From the NCBI GenBank assembly GCA_907165135.1, contig OU015567.1, forward strand, positions 9,982,001 through 10,046,000: a stretch of DNA of 64,000 nucleotides, written 5' to 3'. The notes under the pieces are model-generated. The model searched no databases, was not told the origin of the DNA, and was given only the letters and a program-made list of their open reading frames with translations. Positions 24,577 through 36,516 of the stretch are shown in pieces. Origin of the DNA: Oikopleura dioica (taxonomy: Eukaryota > Animalia > Chordata). The stretch's first letter is position 1; each line of letters opens with the position of its first letter. The position numbers and the translations under genes were made by a program.

Positions 24577-27500
24577 TTAAGCTCGGCAGATTAACTGGTT
24601 GTAAAATCCTTGACGTATATAGCGGATGCAATTCGCCAGCTCAGCGCTTTCGCCCGGTTTATGTCTGATGCTTACCTCGAATAGCCTCATTGTCTTGAAG
24701 TAGTCGAAGATCTCGTTCTTCAGGAAATCGTCTGCGAGAAGGTCTTCTCCGTCAAATTTCTCGCCACAGCTTTCTGCCACGGTTTTCATACATCGCTCCA
24801 GCTGGACGTAACGATCGCTTTAATGATTTTTTAAGAGTGGTTTCATGATCAAAATTTGATTTTCAAATGTTTTTTTTCCGACTGCCGTACTCTCGCACAT
24901 TCGTGGAAAATAGCAAAATAACATGTTAGAGATGAAGTTTTACTGGAGTGAATTTAATGTGCTAACACTCGTCTGAGTCAGTTTATAAGGTCTAGTCATA
25001 ATTTGAAAAGGATGTGTCACTAGTGCAACGTTTATCCCCGTGCAAAATCACCAAATTGTTTATTACCTGCAGCGGATCTGCTCGGATACTGCAAATGCTT
25101 TTAGACAGAAGTTGAAGTCTTCTGTCAGTTCACTGTACTTGCATTTGGGCCATTCCTTGAAAAGAGAATAGGTCTAATTACGAATAAACGAAGCTACTTA
25201 CGAGTGATGGAGACATCTCATTATCGTAAAAAACGCCTCTTGGTGAGAAATTTTCGATGATCATTTCCGGTAAATAAGCGGCTTTTCTTCGCGCCTGCTC
25301 TCTCATTGGGCCGAGTTCGACGGGCTCGATCATGATGCAGTTCATGCTCTTGCATTTCTTCCCGCTGCAAGTCGGATCTTGGATTAAAATTTCTTCGCAG
25401 GGGGTAAGAGCTGAAAAGAGTTTTTGATAGAAATTGAATCGCTCCTTGGACGTCTTACTTGGACGAGGAGATGCAGGTTTTCTGTTGCAATAATCAATTT
25501 TGATGTCATCAATGGCGACGATGGAATTTCTAGCAGACCCGCGTTGTGCTTCGATTGAAACGCGGATTTTTGAATTCTTCTTGATCTGCGACTAGAATGC
25601 GACTCATATAACCTTTTTGCAAATTCTCTCTACCTGGGGCTTTTTCTTTCGAGTTTGACCGGGTCGATAGATGCCGTAATTTTCGTCTTCAAAATATTTC
25701 GGGTCCATGATGTTAATTGGATCTGTCGTGGTCCAAACACCTGGTTCGCCTTCTGCATCGATCCGTTCCCAAATTGTTCTTTCTGCTTTGGAGTTGTCTT
25801 TGCGAATGTACATGACTTTGACGAACAAACCCATCGGAGCGTTCTTCTCGTCTCCGTGAAATCCACAGGCCTACAAGAGCAAACGTTATGGAATGTTTTT
25901 TAGTTTTGTCCTCAAGCTCAACTAAATCCAAGATCAATCACTTTGGCGAAGGATTTGGGTCACTTAAGGGCTACTTGGCGAGTTTGCTCATTCTCAGAGT
26001 AAATAAATTCCTTTCACTTTTGCTTAAGCTCTTCTGTTCTTAAAAATTTCGCCTAAGAGCGCTATTTTAGCTGCTCAAAAATAAGACGGGCCCACCCAGG
26101 GCGGCGAAATCTCGCAATATTTATTATTTGACTAAAGCTGTAAATTTCCGAAAACTCACATTTAGTGCCCGTTCTGATGCCTCAAATTTACCTTTTTGTC
26201 TTTATTCGATTCGCAGAAAATCGCCTGCTTGAAGGTAAGGCAGAGGGCTCTCTTCTTCCTTCGATCGTAGCGGATTCCTTTGCTCATAAATCGAGCTGGA
26301 TTCATTTGATCCTTCGAGTATTTCGCATTCGCGACCAGATAGTGGCCAGGTCCTGAAAAATTACAAATTCAGTGAGCAAATTTTCAGCCTAGACGTCTGA
26401 ATCACTCGCACTCATCAATCAGCTATAGATTGTCCTAAATTAGCCCGGCATTGGTGTTTCAGAAACAAGAATCTGAAAACTAGCGCTAAAAACTTACTTG
26501 GCTTGAGTTCCGGTTGATTTTCGACGATTTTCCATTCGAGCGGCCGGCAACTTTTCCGCTGACTCGCACCAGTACTGTTTACGGTTTTACGACATCGTTT
26601 CGTTGCTTTCTAAAATCGGATGGTAACAAGTACAGTTGACCTAGTTGACAACATTCCTCGAGGAATTCTGTCTGTCATCAATCTTGGAAGATGAAAGCGG
26701 AGAATCTTACCTCGACTTTCCAAAATTTACACTCAACGCGGTCCTTGCTGGCTTTCCTGCGCGACGGGCGCTTCCGCCTGAACGGGTCCATCGAGCAGTT
26801 TTTACTGATCAAGGGTCAAAATGCGACGTGGATCGCACCAGCTGGGTGGCTCAATCGCTCACCCCCTGCTCCTGTAAACAGCAGAAAAACACGTTAGGTG
26901 CTAAGGTTCGGTGAAACGCGCGCCTATCTGGATATCGTAAATTATTTCATTCCGAACTGTAGCACGAGAATTAAGGGATTAGTCACTGTGAGTGCAGCGA
27001 GAGTAGATGTGGATCAAAATGGTACACGGAGGGAATTAACATTGACCGCCAGGCTCGCTCGAGGAATTCAAGGTACACACATTCCTCAAACCACAACTGG
27101 GATGGGCAAATAAGCTCATTAATGAAATTCACCTTTCATCGAAAATAACGAGTTCTACAAGGGTCAGAAACACACTTGTAAATACTCTTATTTACGAGGC
27201 GATTATTAAGCTGCTCTTTACGCGGGTAAAAACGGCACTTCTGACAAAAACAATAAAGCAACAAAAACAAAAGCAAATGGGTGGCATTCCAGCTTTTTAT
27301 GGTGGCGTCATTGGCAACGTAAAAAACGAAACCGAAAAGAAAATGATGCCGGTTAGTCGGAGGCGGAGTAAGTAAAAGTAACTGCCGGAAGCAGCAGTTG
27401 CGTGAGCGCTTATTAACTTCACACCAAACGGTGGCAATTTTCGCTGCGGAAAGTGTATTCACGACTTCACGAGACTGCGCAGCTTTACAAAGACCCTGCC

Positions 27501-28030
27501 TGGGTCAAGGCCATTGTGTGGGGCTCTAGGCCAAACAAAAAACGCCTTTTAAAATCACGGCCACTTTCAAATCCTCAACAGACGATCAGAAAATAAGGCA
27601 ATCTGCTAAATCACTTTACAGGGAAGAATTTTCATCGAAGTTCTTGCGAAAAAATATTTTTTTTTATAAATTATGAAAGTTTATTGCCAAAAAAAGTTTG
27701 AGTTTGCCCGAAATAGCAAGTTTTACTATTTTTAGCTTACTTCCGATATCGGAACTCCCGGTTTAAAAAATAGACAACCTCGTAAAACAAATGTAAAATG
27801 AAAGTCAAAAACTCTGGCGCGGATTTTGGCCCTTTCCTGGATTGTCCTTTGTTCTTCGATCGTCTTGATGAACTGACCAGAGTTCTATCTTGGTCCAAAA
27901 GAGCGCATAGAATCGCGACTATATTTGGTCATGAAAAATGAAAATGAAAAATTGATAATTTTCAAAATTATATTTATCTAATTCTGATTAATAAAAATAG
28001 ATAAAAATTACCTAGAAAAAGAAATCTCAT
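24577..28030 (-). CDS. Secreted MAM-domain protein with Cys-rich C-terminus
   Basis: Signal peptide MRFLFLVAILCALL. MAM hallmarks GHYLV..ARFMS..CLTF, GLFVKV..IWER..GVW and RVSIEAQRG..IVAIDDIKIDYC are spread over spliced exons. Confidence 0.7.
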
Positions 28031-28788
28031 TGTTGATTTCGTCTCTCTTCCTTGATCGATAAAGTTTTCTTCTTTTTACGGAATTGCTGTTCTGGACTGA
28101 TCTCTAGTAGCTGCTTCGTGAGACTTCTTCTATGGCTGAAATTTCGAAATTGAAAATGTTGAAAAGTAGGTTGAGTGATAGATTTAGAGAATTGGTATTT
28201 GGATCGCGTTAAAAAGTTGGTAACGTTCTATCAACTCATCTGCCATTATCGCTAGCGCCCGGGCCTCTAGCGACTTCGTGCTAGGCCCTGACCCCGGGGC
28301 GCCATCTTTACAGAGAGTCAGATCTTCTGCCCAAGCGGGGGTCCTCTCCTTCACGATAATCCTGAGGAATTCTCTTTACTCGTCAGGCCTCACGCTGGAA
28401 TTCACACTTCTGGGATGAGCTGCCCACAGACAGTTACAGTTAACGCTTGCACAAAGGCAGACTACTGTTTCAGCTCATAAAATATTTTTTTCAACAAAGA
28501 AATTTCCGCTTTCAATTTTGTTTTATGGTGAGAACGGGTCAGTTCTGATGCACTTTTCATGATAGAAAACACGAGTTCAAGTATCAAAAATACAATTTTG
28601 CCAGAGTTGCGTGAGAGATTGAAATAGAAGAATCCGTTTTGCCGGTGATTGCAGCGAATTTCGGCATTGGCAGCAAAACAAAAAGAAGATTCGCTGAAAA
28701 ATTCATGAGGGTATTCTTGGAGAATCATTGAAAGACTTTCAGTCTGGAAATTTCAAAACATTTTTGCAGAAATTCATGCCCTCTGAAA

Positions 28789-29255
28789 ATGGGAGACGAG
28801 AGAATCGCTGCTATCGACGAACTTCTAGCGCACTGTCGAGCAAGAGAATATGTAGTAGTACTAAGAAGAGCAGCTAATCGAAGTTTTTTTTCTAGGATGG
28901 GTTCAGTGATGAAGAGGAAGAAACGAAGAAAAAAGAAGGCGGAGAAAGTATCGGAGGATGTTGCGCGATCGGCTGCGGGAGTTTCATTTTCGTGTGTGGC
29001 TCGATAGGCTTGTTTTATGAAAAGGTCGCACGTCCTCTTCCGTATTTCGATTGATAGAGCGCATAAATACTAAACGCAAGCTTTCCCACCGATTGCGTTG
29101 AACTTTTTTCTGCGTGCGCAGGAAATTGTTTCATTTCAATCATCATCGAACCTCTGCGACCTCCGCCCAGTTCTTTTTTCAGCGTCATGAGAAACTACGA
29201 AAGCAGACAACCCGAGAGGATCGACATATGGATGGCCTTGGGAAGCAAAGCCAAG
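28789..29255 (+). CDS. Three small exons, possibly a distal alternative N-terminus of the FGF gene
   Basis: Exons 28789-28851, 28896-28991 and 29183-29255 splice in frame and end in phase 1 (CAA G|gt), compatible with FGF exon 2 at 41952. Confidence 0.35.
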
Positions 29256-31799
29256 GTTCTCAAAATTAATAACTCTAGAGCTCAATGAGCTATTGAACTA
29301 TCGACTGTCAAAAGGCTGGCCCCATATAAATCCTAATTTCGTAAACATCATTCGTATACTAACCGAAAAGAACCCTTCAAAAAGTCTGTATGTTATGAGC
29401 ATTGGAATTCTACTCATGAAAGTATTAAAAAACTCTAATGAAACAAGATAACTTGCGTAATAATCTGCCACTCCTCTCACGAGGAGAGGCTTCCAGCTAT
29501 TTCTTTGAACTCTTCCACCACGAAGTCACTATTGAACTCAATGGCATTCGAAGCCCTTAGGGCGGATGTCCATTGTACTGAAGATCACTGTAAAATTTAG
29601 CGCTAGCAAGTTTTTAATACTGGAAAAAGACTCAGTAGCTGTTTGAAGAAGTGTCTTCCTCGAAGAACGAAAAAGACAGCGCCCAAAGGATCTTTTGATC
29701 TTGCGTAAATTACGGTTCTATTGTAACAATTGTATGCAAAGAAAAAGGAATAGAAAATATTTGATAGAATTAGCTTTTTTGTTAAAAGTTCTAACAAAAA
29801 TTCTACTCAAAATGAAAATATATTATAAGAAAGAAAAAAACAAAATCAGAAAATCGTGCTTTTTACTGAAGAGTCTTCAGTCTAATGATCTCGTCGATTC
29901 TATTTAATAGGAGAATGTTGAAAGCATTATTGATGCCGTACCTGAAAAGTAGTGGATCGGGCTTTACCTAGAGGTCAACCCTTTCTCTCTTTTCTCTCTG
30001 AGATCTGTGGCAGCCGCAGATTCCCAAATGACAGGGACCGTGCTTTAGGAAAGAAATTCGCTGCTCCGGGCGGGTACAAAAGTGAAGAATCCCTGCTCTA
30101 GTAGTCTAATGCCACATTCCACCGGGAAATCTCTTCCTGCCTAGTCTCCTTGGTTCAAGTTCGGTTCGTCTCGGTGCAGCAGACAAAGGCCTATTCAGTG
30201 AATTATATGCTAAGTCCACGGGGTCATCTGGGTTTTCGCGTATTCAGCAAGGCTCTTGTCCTATTTATGCTCAAAATACGCCTGTTATAAGTATTGACAA
30301 GTCTGCCAGGGACATGAAGGAATCAAGATAGAAGGTCAAGGTAGCTGCTAGAGTAACCGGTCCGGTTCCACGGATGCCAGCGTCTCATGCAGATTATGGC
30401 TGCCGCGGGCCGAAAGCTGCGTGGTCACAGCTTTTCAATCAGTTCTAAAAATTCGAAAATTTCTACTTGGAGACTGGAATTCCGCACAACCGTGACATTA
30501 GCTTGGATAAAAATCAAACGCGCCAAATATCATAGAACCTGTCTAGTGCTTGAATTACCCACCGGCACCTTAATTCTTAAATCATAGGCTCGGCGAACAC
30601 TGCCTAGCTTGACGAGTTCGCCTCTTTGCTAAAATCAAGGTCAAATCGAAAAATGTCAAACTAAGCGATTCAAAGATCATCAACTCAAGTATCGGACCAA
30701 GTGCATATAGAAAAATGATCATTTGTCTTGCTTTTATCAAACAAATAGCTCTCACGAACTTTGCAAGTTATGTTAACAAGTAAGCATTGATAATAACAGT
30801 TGTCCTCGAAACAAGAAAGTAGACACGATAATTCGTCCAACTTGACTGACCCTCCCTTCTTTTGTTGCATACCTTTGAATTCTGTTTCTTAGAAAATTCG
30901 TTTGCCTTTCTCTTTTTCTCGTTTTGTTTTGTCTTGATCTTATTAATTCGCGAGTTTATTTAATGATCTTCAGCGTCGTATATTTAACACGAGCTGAATT
31001 GGGGAATGAAGGACGGAAAGTGTGAAGATCTTCGGATGTGTTGACGTCATGTCAATGCAATTCAGAGCCGGAGGGAAGATTCTAAGTCCAGACATTTTCA
31101 CTTTCGCTAGCCTGGAATCCGCTGACTCCACACCCGGCACCTCTCAAGTGCTACTTATTCACTTATCGTATTCTGTGAACTTAGAGATAACATGCACTCG
31201 AATTTACGCCAAACGTAAAAGTTCAAATCGTCCATTTCAAGTTCGAATACCTCGGCAGCAGATAATCACGCGGTTGAGAAAGACACGGTAATTGGGGACC
31301 ACGTTACGTGGTGCACCTTTTAAAAAAGAGATCACATGACTGCTCTACATATTTTTGAACCTCAATGAAGCCATGTGATTGATCGTTAATTGGAGGTGGA
31401 AAATATTTTGAAAATTTTCATGACATGACTGTTTCTTGCACCAAAATATTGTTGAAGCAATGCGACTCAGAAGTACTCTGATTAATTTTCATTTAGATAA
31501 TAAAAATATTTTCGTCGTCGACACAGCTGCTGTTCTATTTTTAACCTCTCAGCATATTTTTGGATAGAATCTGCTTTTTATCGTTTGGCTGATTTTCCGC
31601 TTTCATAAAAATCAACAAGAATGACGAGCATCGGAAATCCGCGCGCTCAAATGTGATTATCTTTATTGTTGTGTTTCTCTCGCTCAATTCAAGTTTTTTT
31701 TACTTTATTAAAACACATTATCTTCGTCTTCTAATAAACGCGTCGACTGGCTAAAAATAGAATTATAGGTTATTTTTAAATCGTCATTTTTTATTTAGC

Positions 31800-32911
31800 T
31801 TACGTTACTACTTGAAGGTTTGAATTCTTTTCGAGAGTGTTGACTTTGAAGACATTGTCAGTACTTTTGCCGATTTTCTGCATCATTTCGATGTCTTCCT
31901 TTAGCTTCTTTTCCTTTTTCTTCTTCTGGCGCTCTTCCCAGTAAACGGTGTAACAGCTCCGGAAGACGAGAATGACTATGCTCATCAGCACTAGAAAACG
32001 ACGGGTTTACTCCTGGACTAAGCTGATTGAGTCCCAATTAATTTTCGCCGAATAAGCTGACTATTCAGATGCCCACAATTTTGATTAATTGGGCGATTTG
32101 AGAGGCCTGTCCTGTCACTGTACGATTTTATGGGGCGATTAAACGGGAAAAGTGCTTTTAGAGAGATTTCTCGAATGTTTTCCTCGAAGAAAGAAAATTG
32201 TTTGTTTATTGATATTTTCTAGAGCTGCTGTTTGTTTCTCAGGGATGTCTATATAAGGAGGGGTTTGACGAGAGTCAGCCATTCTTGACGGTTTCGTCTT
32301 GACAAAGGCACCCTTTCCAGGACTGTGAATACTGGGAACTTTCCCAGTGGGAAGGGTGACTGTAATCGATAGTGGACAAGAATACGACACTCTTAACGAG
32401 GAGGAAGCGTAATCCATGCCAGTAAACCTCGAGTACATGTTCAGCGAGCCCTTTTTAGGGCTCAAAATATTATCAATCTTCCTTGATTCCAAAAAAGTTC
32501 GAAAACTCCCAGTACCGAGTTATGAAAAATGGTAGAATGAAGTGATCAATAGCGTTCAAAATTGACATATTAAATGAGATGTGGATGGCTTTAGTGCCTC
32601 ATAAACCCGGTAAGCGGTCATCACATTTTTAGAAAACTGCTCCCAATAAAGTAAAATAAAGTTTTCTCCAAACGAGGAAACTACCTTTTTCCAGCGCTAA
32701 ATGCGGACTTACCGAAGCCTACTTCAAATCTCATCCGCAAGATCGAAGGTCCATTTTTTTCTCCAAGATTTTCTGTAGAATTTGACAGGATCTTTGAAAA
32801 CTCTTTAATTTGCTCCTCTGAAGTTGTTTCTTCTGTCAAGCTCTTTCTGAATGCTCTGTCTCTCGAAAACGCGGAGCTATTGTCCGGGACGTAAATAGTA
32901 AAATTATTCAT
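31800..32911 (-). CDS. Putative small membrane protein (exons partly resolved)
   Basis: Terminal exon with a TM end and basic tail (LMSIVILVFRSCYTVYWEERQKKKKEKK). Upstream open segment at 32681-32911. Confidence 0.3.
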
Positions 32912-33499
32912 TCATTGGCTCTTTTACAAAAGACTAAACTTTACGGCTTGCGATAATTTTCAATGTAAATACGTTTGAAATGAGCAGGATTGCAGGCTCC
33001 CAAATAAACGTTCCTATTCATGTTTGTTCAGACAGTCATCATTCTGCTTGAATTATAAATCAAAAGAGAGGTGCGAATCTTTCCAACGTAACAAAGGCCC
33101 AAGGTCAAAAATATATCCAACTGCTGAGAAGCAAGAAAAAGTGTTTCTATCGGCAAATATCCCTAATTAGACCTCAAGTCACTTAGGTTTAGCTCAATAA
33201 GATTTGATTTACCTTTTATTTGGACTGAAGTAGGGCACGTGTTGTCTTCAAGCCTCGAGCTGTCAGTGTGGAATGTGTGCGTGTTTTGATTCATTCTTTC
33301 GAAATTTAAAGTCTAAAACCTATCATATATCTTCTCGTTTTATGACTGATCATGTGAATCAGAATAGCTACCGATAAAAAGTACTTTGGAGACGCTATCA
33401 GGCAATATTTATCGTCTCCAAAGAGACATTTCTGTTTGCTTTTCCATAACGTTCCTTGCATGCATAATTTCAATAGTTAACTACCCAAGAGAGGAAAAA

Positions 33500-34013
33500 A
33501 TGAACAAAATCGAGGACGACCTGATGACGGAGCTTACCGATCTGACGTTGAAGGATATCTCGACGCTTGAAAAAGGCATGCAATCGTTGGTGAGGGAGGA
33601 GGTCCGAAGATATAAACTGGAAACAGGTAGATTTTTCTCGAATTCGTTTCTGATACATCTCTGAAGAGCTGAAGAATCAGATGAGAGAAGAAGCAGCAAC
33701 AAAGACAATTCGAGCTCTGCAGGCTAGAATCGCTGAACTTGAGGCTACTGTTGCTCGACTTACTCCGACTAACGCACCTTATATTGCAAAAAACTCGGTT
33801 CCAGCTGGTGAAATACACGATAACTCGCTTGCAGAGATATTAAAGCTGCAGTATGAAAATGCCTCAAACTCGCAAAAGTACCCTGATATTCAAACACTGC
33901 AAACTCCTGGGTACGCAAGTGTTCGACTTGATGCAAATCTGGATGCGATTGAGCGCCGAAATCAGAAGATAAAGCAGGCTTTGAACATGCAAGGTATAAA
34001 ATTCACGCGATAG
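33500..34013 (+). CDS. Uncharacterised coiled-coil protein (2 exons)
   Basis: MNKIEDDLMTEL...KLET|ELKNQMREEAATKTIRALQARIAELEATV joined in frame by a 40-nt GT-AG intron. Confidence 0.55.
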
Positions 34014-34166
34014 ATTACAAATTATTTAGGATCTAATCTTGGAATGACTTCAAATGGAGAATATTATGTTCATATTTGACTAGCAATGTGACGATACTTT
34101 ATTTGATTGACAAAAACCGAATAAAACTCAAAATTGAACTTTCCTGCATGTCAAATAAGTTTTGAA

Positions 34167-34792
34167 TTAAAATATATTGATGAATAGAGAATAGAATGTG
34201 AGAACAGACATCAAGGCAGCTGAGTGGCCGGGCTCTTCTGATAAAGTCGTTGTTGTCTTCTTCGCGGTTGTCGTTTTTGCAACTGTGCTTACAATTTCAC
34301 AAAGTCCAGTTTCTTCCAGATCATCAATGATTATTTCGATTTTATCGCTTATTCCGCTTTTGATATTTTTTAAAACTAAATCGCGTACAAAAACCGAGTT
34401 TATTAAAAAACATTTCCTCTCATAATTGCCCTCTAAAGCTTCACATCTTTTATGAAGTTCTTTCAAATCGTCTTCAAGATTCTCATTCATAATGTTTTCT
34501 TCAAGAAGTAACTCTTAAAGAACAATGTTATTAAAAAACATCTATAGTTATTTGAAATAACTTATTTCATACCTCCATAATCTTCTGTCACTGCACTCCC
34601 GTGTAAAAATGACGTCTCATTGATCAAAGTTGATGATGTTAAATCATCACTGAGATAAAAATCCATTGCATAGCAAAAGTCCTCATTCAGTTCGATGGTA
34701 TCCACATCGATGCAGTTCTCTTCTGCCGCTACTTTTGCAATGCGACTAGCAGACGAAATAAATAATGAAAGAAAATAAAAACGAAAACTCAT
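34167..34792 (-). CDS. Uncharacterised secreted, possibly GPI-anchored protein (2 exons)
   Basis: Signal peptide MSFRFYFLSLFISSA, a Thr-rich stalk and a hydrophobic C-terminus SAALMSVLTFYSLFINIF. Confidence 0.55.
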
Positions 34793-35066
34793 ATCGTCGA
34801 AAAATTTCATCTGTAGATAACGGTACACAACGTCGTTAAAATGGTAATTCTGAAGGTGAGCGCTGTCAAAAAACAGCAAAGATTGTATAAATGGCAGAGA
34901 CTCTTGATAGTTGGAATGTTAACAATTGGTTCCAGTTCATTTTCTCGAATTGCAATAAAAATAGAATGTTTTGATAAGACTCTTTATGATAGAGACTTTA
35001 TCAGATGTTAAATCTGCCGGATAAATAAGCGGGTTCACCGGTTGAAATTCTATAAAAGTTAAATAG

Positions 35067-36416
35067 ATGATGCGAGAGCCTGTTCGTTTTGTCAATTTTT
35101 GCATTGCTACATTTATTTTTGTTAGACTGTTCCTCCAGTACCAACATATTTTTAACAGTAGAAGAGAAACAAACCGTTTTCCTCATGCCTTTAATTTCAA
35201 ACCAGTTGAAATCGCAGAAAAAGAAATAGAAGAAGACAAAACAAGTGTGTTAAAGTACGAGATATTTTCTAACAAAAACCCAAGGAAAGAGTTGAGTCTT
35301 ATTAACATAAACATTGCTAGTAAGCAGATTTAACTCATCAAGAATATTTGAGAAGACTGAGGAAGAAAAATCAGTGGAACTGTTTCTAGCCAAAAGAGAA
35401 ATGATGCTCGAAAAAGCTTGCAAATATCAAAAATTTATCGATTCACTCGCAAAATCAAATCAAAATGTTGAAGAATTTTTGAAGGTTAGCAAGATTTTCT
35501 GAGCAAAATGACTATTTTGAAAAAATCATTTATAGTTTCACGAGTTCCTCGAATCAAACTCTACGGAAATTTCCTTATCTCACATGTTTCAAAATGAACG
35601 ATGCTCACCAACAGTCACCAGCTCAAAAATTTACGTCTTACCAGAACCGTTTAATGTCTGGCAATGCATCCCAGACAAGCGCGCCCAGCTGGGCTGGATT
35701 CAGCACCTTTCCCAACTGTATGTTCGACTTGGTGGCGCAGATTTTCCACTTTCAAAGTTCACTGACGATTCAAATCTTGGTCAAATTGCCGCAGAAGTTT
35801 TGAATAAAGCGATTGAGAAGAACAAAGTAAAATCAATCAGGGAGAAGCTTCTGAAGATAGCTGCCGTTCAGTCGCCATTTTTGAGACTTCTTCAAATCGC
35901 TGAGAATTTATCTGACATCGAGATAATGGGTCAAGTAAAAGAGCTTTCGCAAGATCCTGAGGACAAATTATCAGCGATTTTTTGGATCTTAGCAAAAAAA
36001 GCTCACTCACAGGACATGAAAGAAAAATGGAAAGAGCAGCATCAAAAGGTAAAGAAACATCGAAACCGGTGAATAGTTTTTCCAAGTGCGTCCCGTGCGA
36101 AATGAGATACAAATACATTGTTCACCAAACCGACGAGCAGAACATCATCAACACTGTCTACGGAGAAATCGCCGCTACAGGGACAACGGAAGGCCCAGAA
36201 AGAACACTAACAGACGAAAACGAAGAACTTCTAGCAACAGTGGACAGATCAGCACTAGAATTGGTTTACAAACGATTTTTTGGTGATTTTGTTTACTTTG
36301 GTTTCTCGTCGTCATATGTTCGAAAAATATTAACAGCTTCAAAATACAGAAAGAATGATGAAATTTGGGCTGAGGTTTATTTTATCGATCAGATAGAAGA
36401 TGAATTATTTTTTTAG
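35067..36416 (+). CDS. Divergent carbohydrate sulfotransferase (CHST8-14 / Sulfotransfer_2)-like type II membrane protein
   Basis: N-terminal signal anchor; W..C.P, PF.RL, W...C.PC.MRY and Y.RFFGDFVYFGF motifs appear in CHST order. Confidence 0.72.
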
Positions 36417-36516
36417 AAACTGAATCAGAAAACAGACAGTGAAGCAGACTACCTTTCTTGTTTATAAAACTTGTTTTATCACAGAGATGTTTGTAAATAA
36501 AATAGAAATTGATTTA

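Noticed and set aside
24577-24789. ORF resembling a RecD/Pif1 helicase motif (RLFEVSIRH...IRQG)
   Set aside because: It splices in frame as a downstream exon of the MAM-domain gene, and no Walker A/B motifs are nearby.
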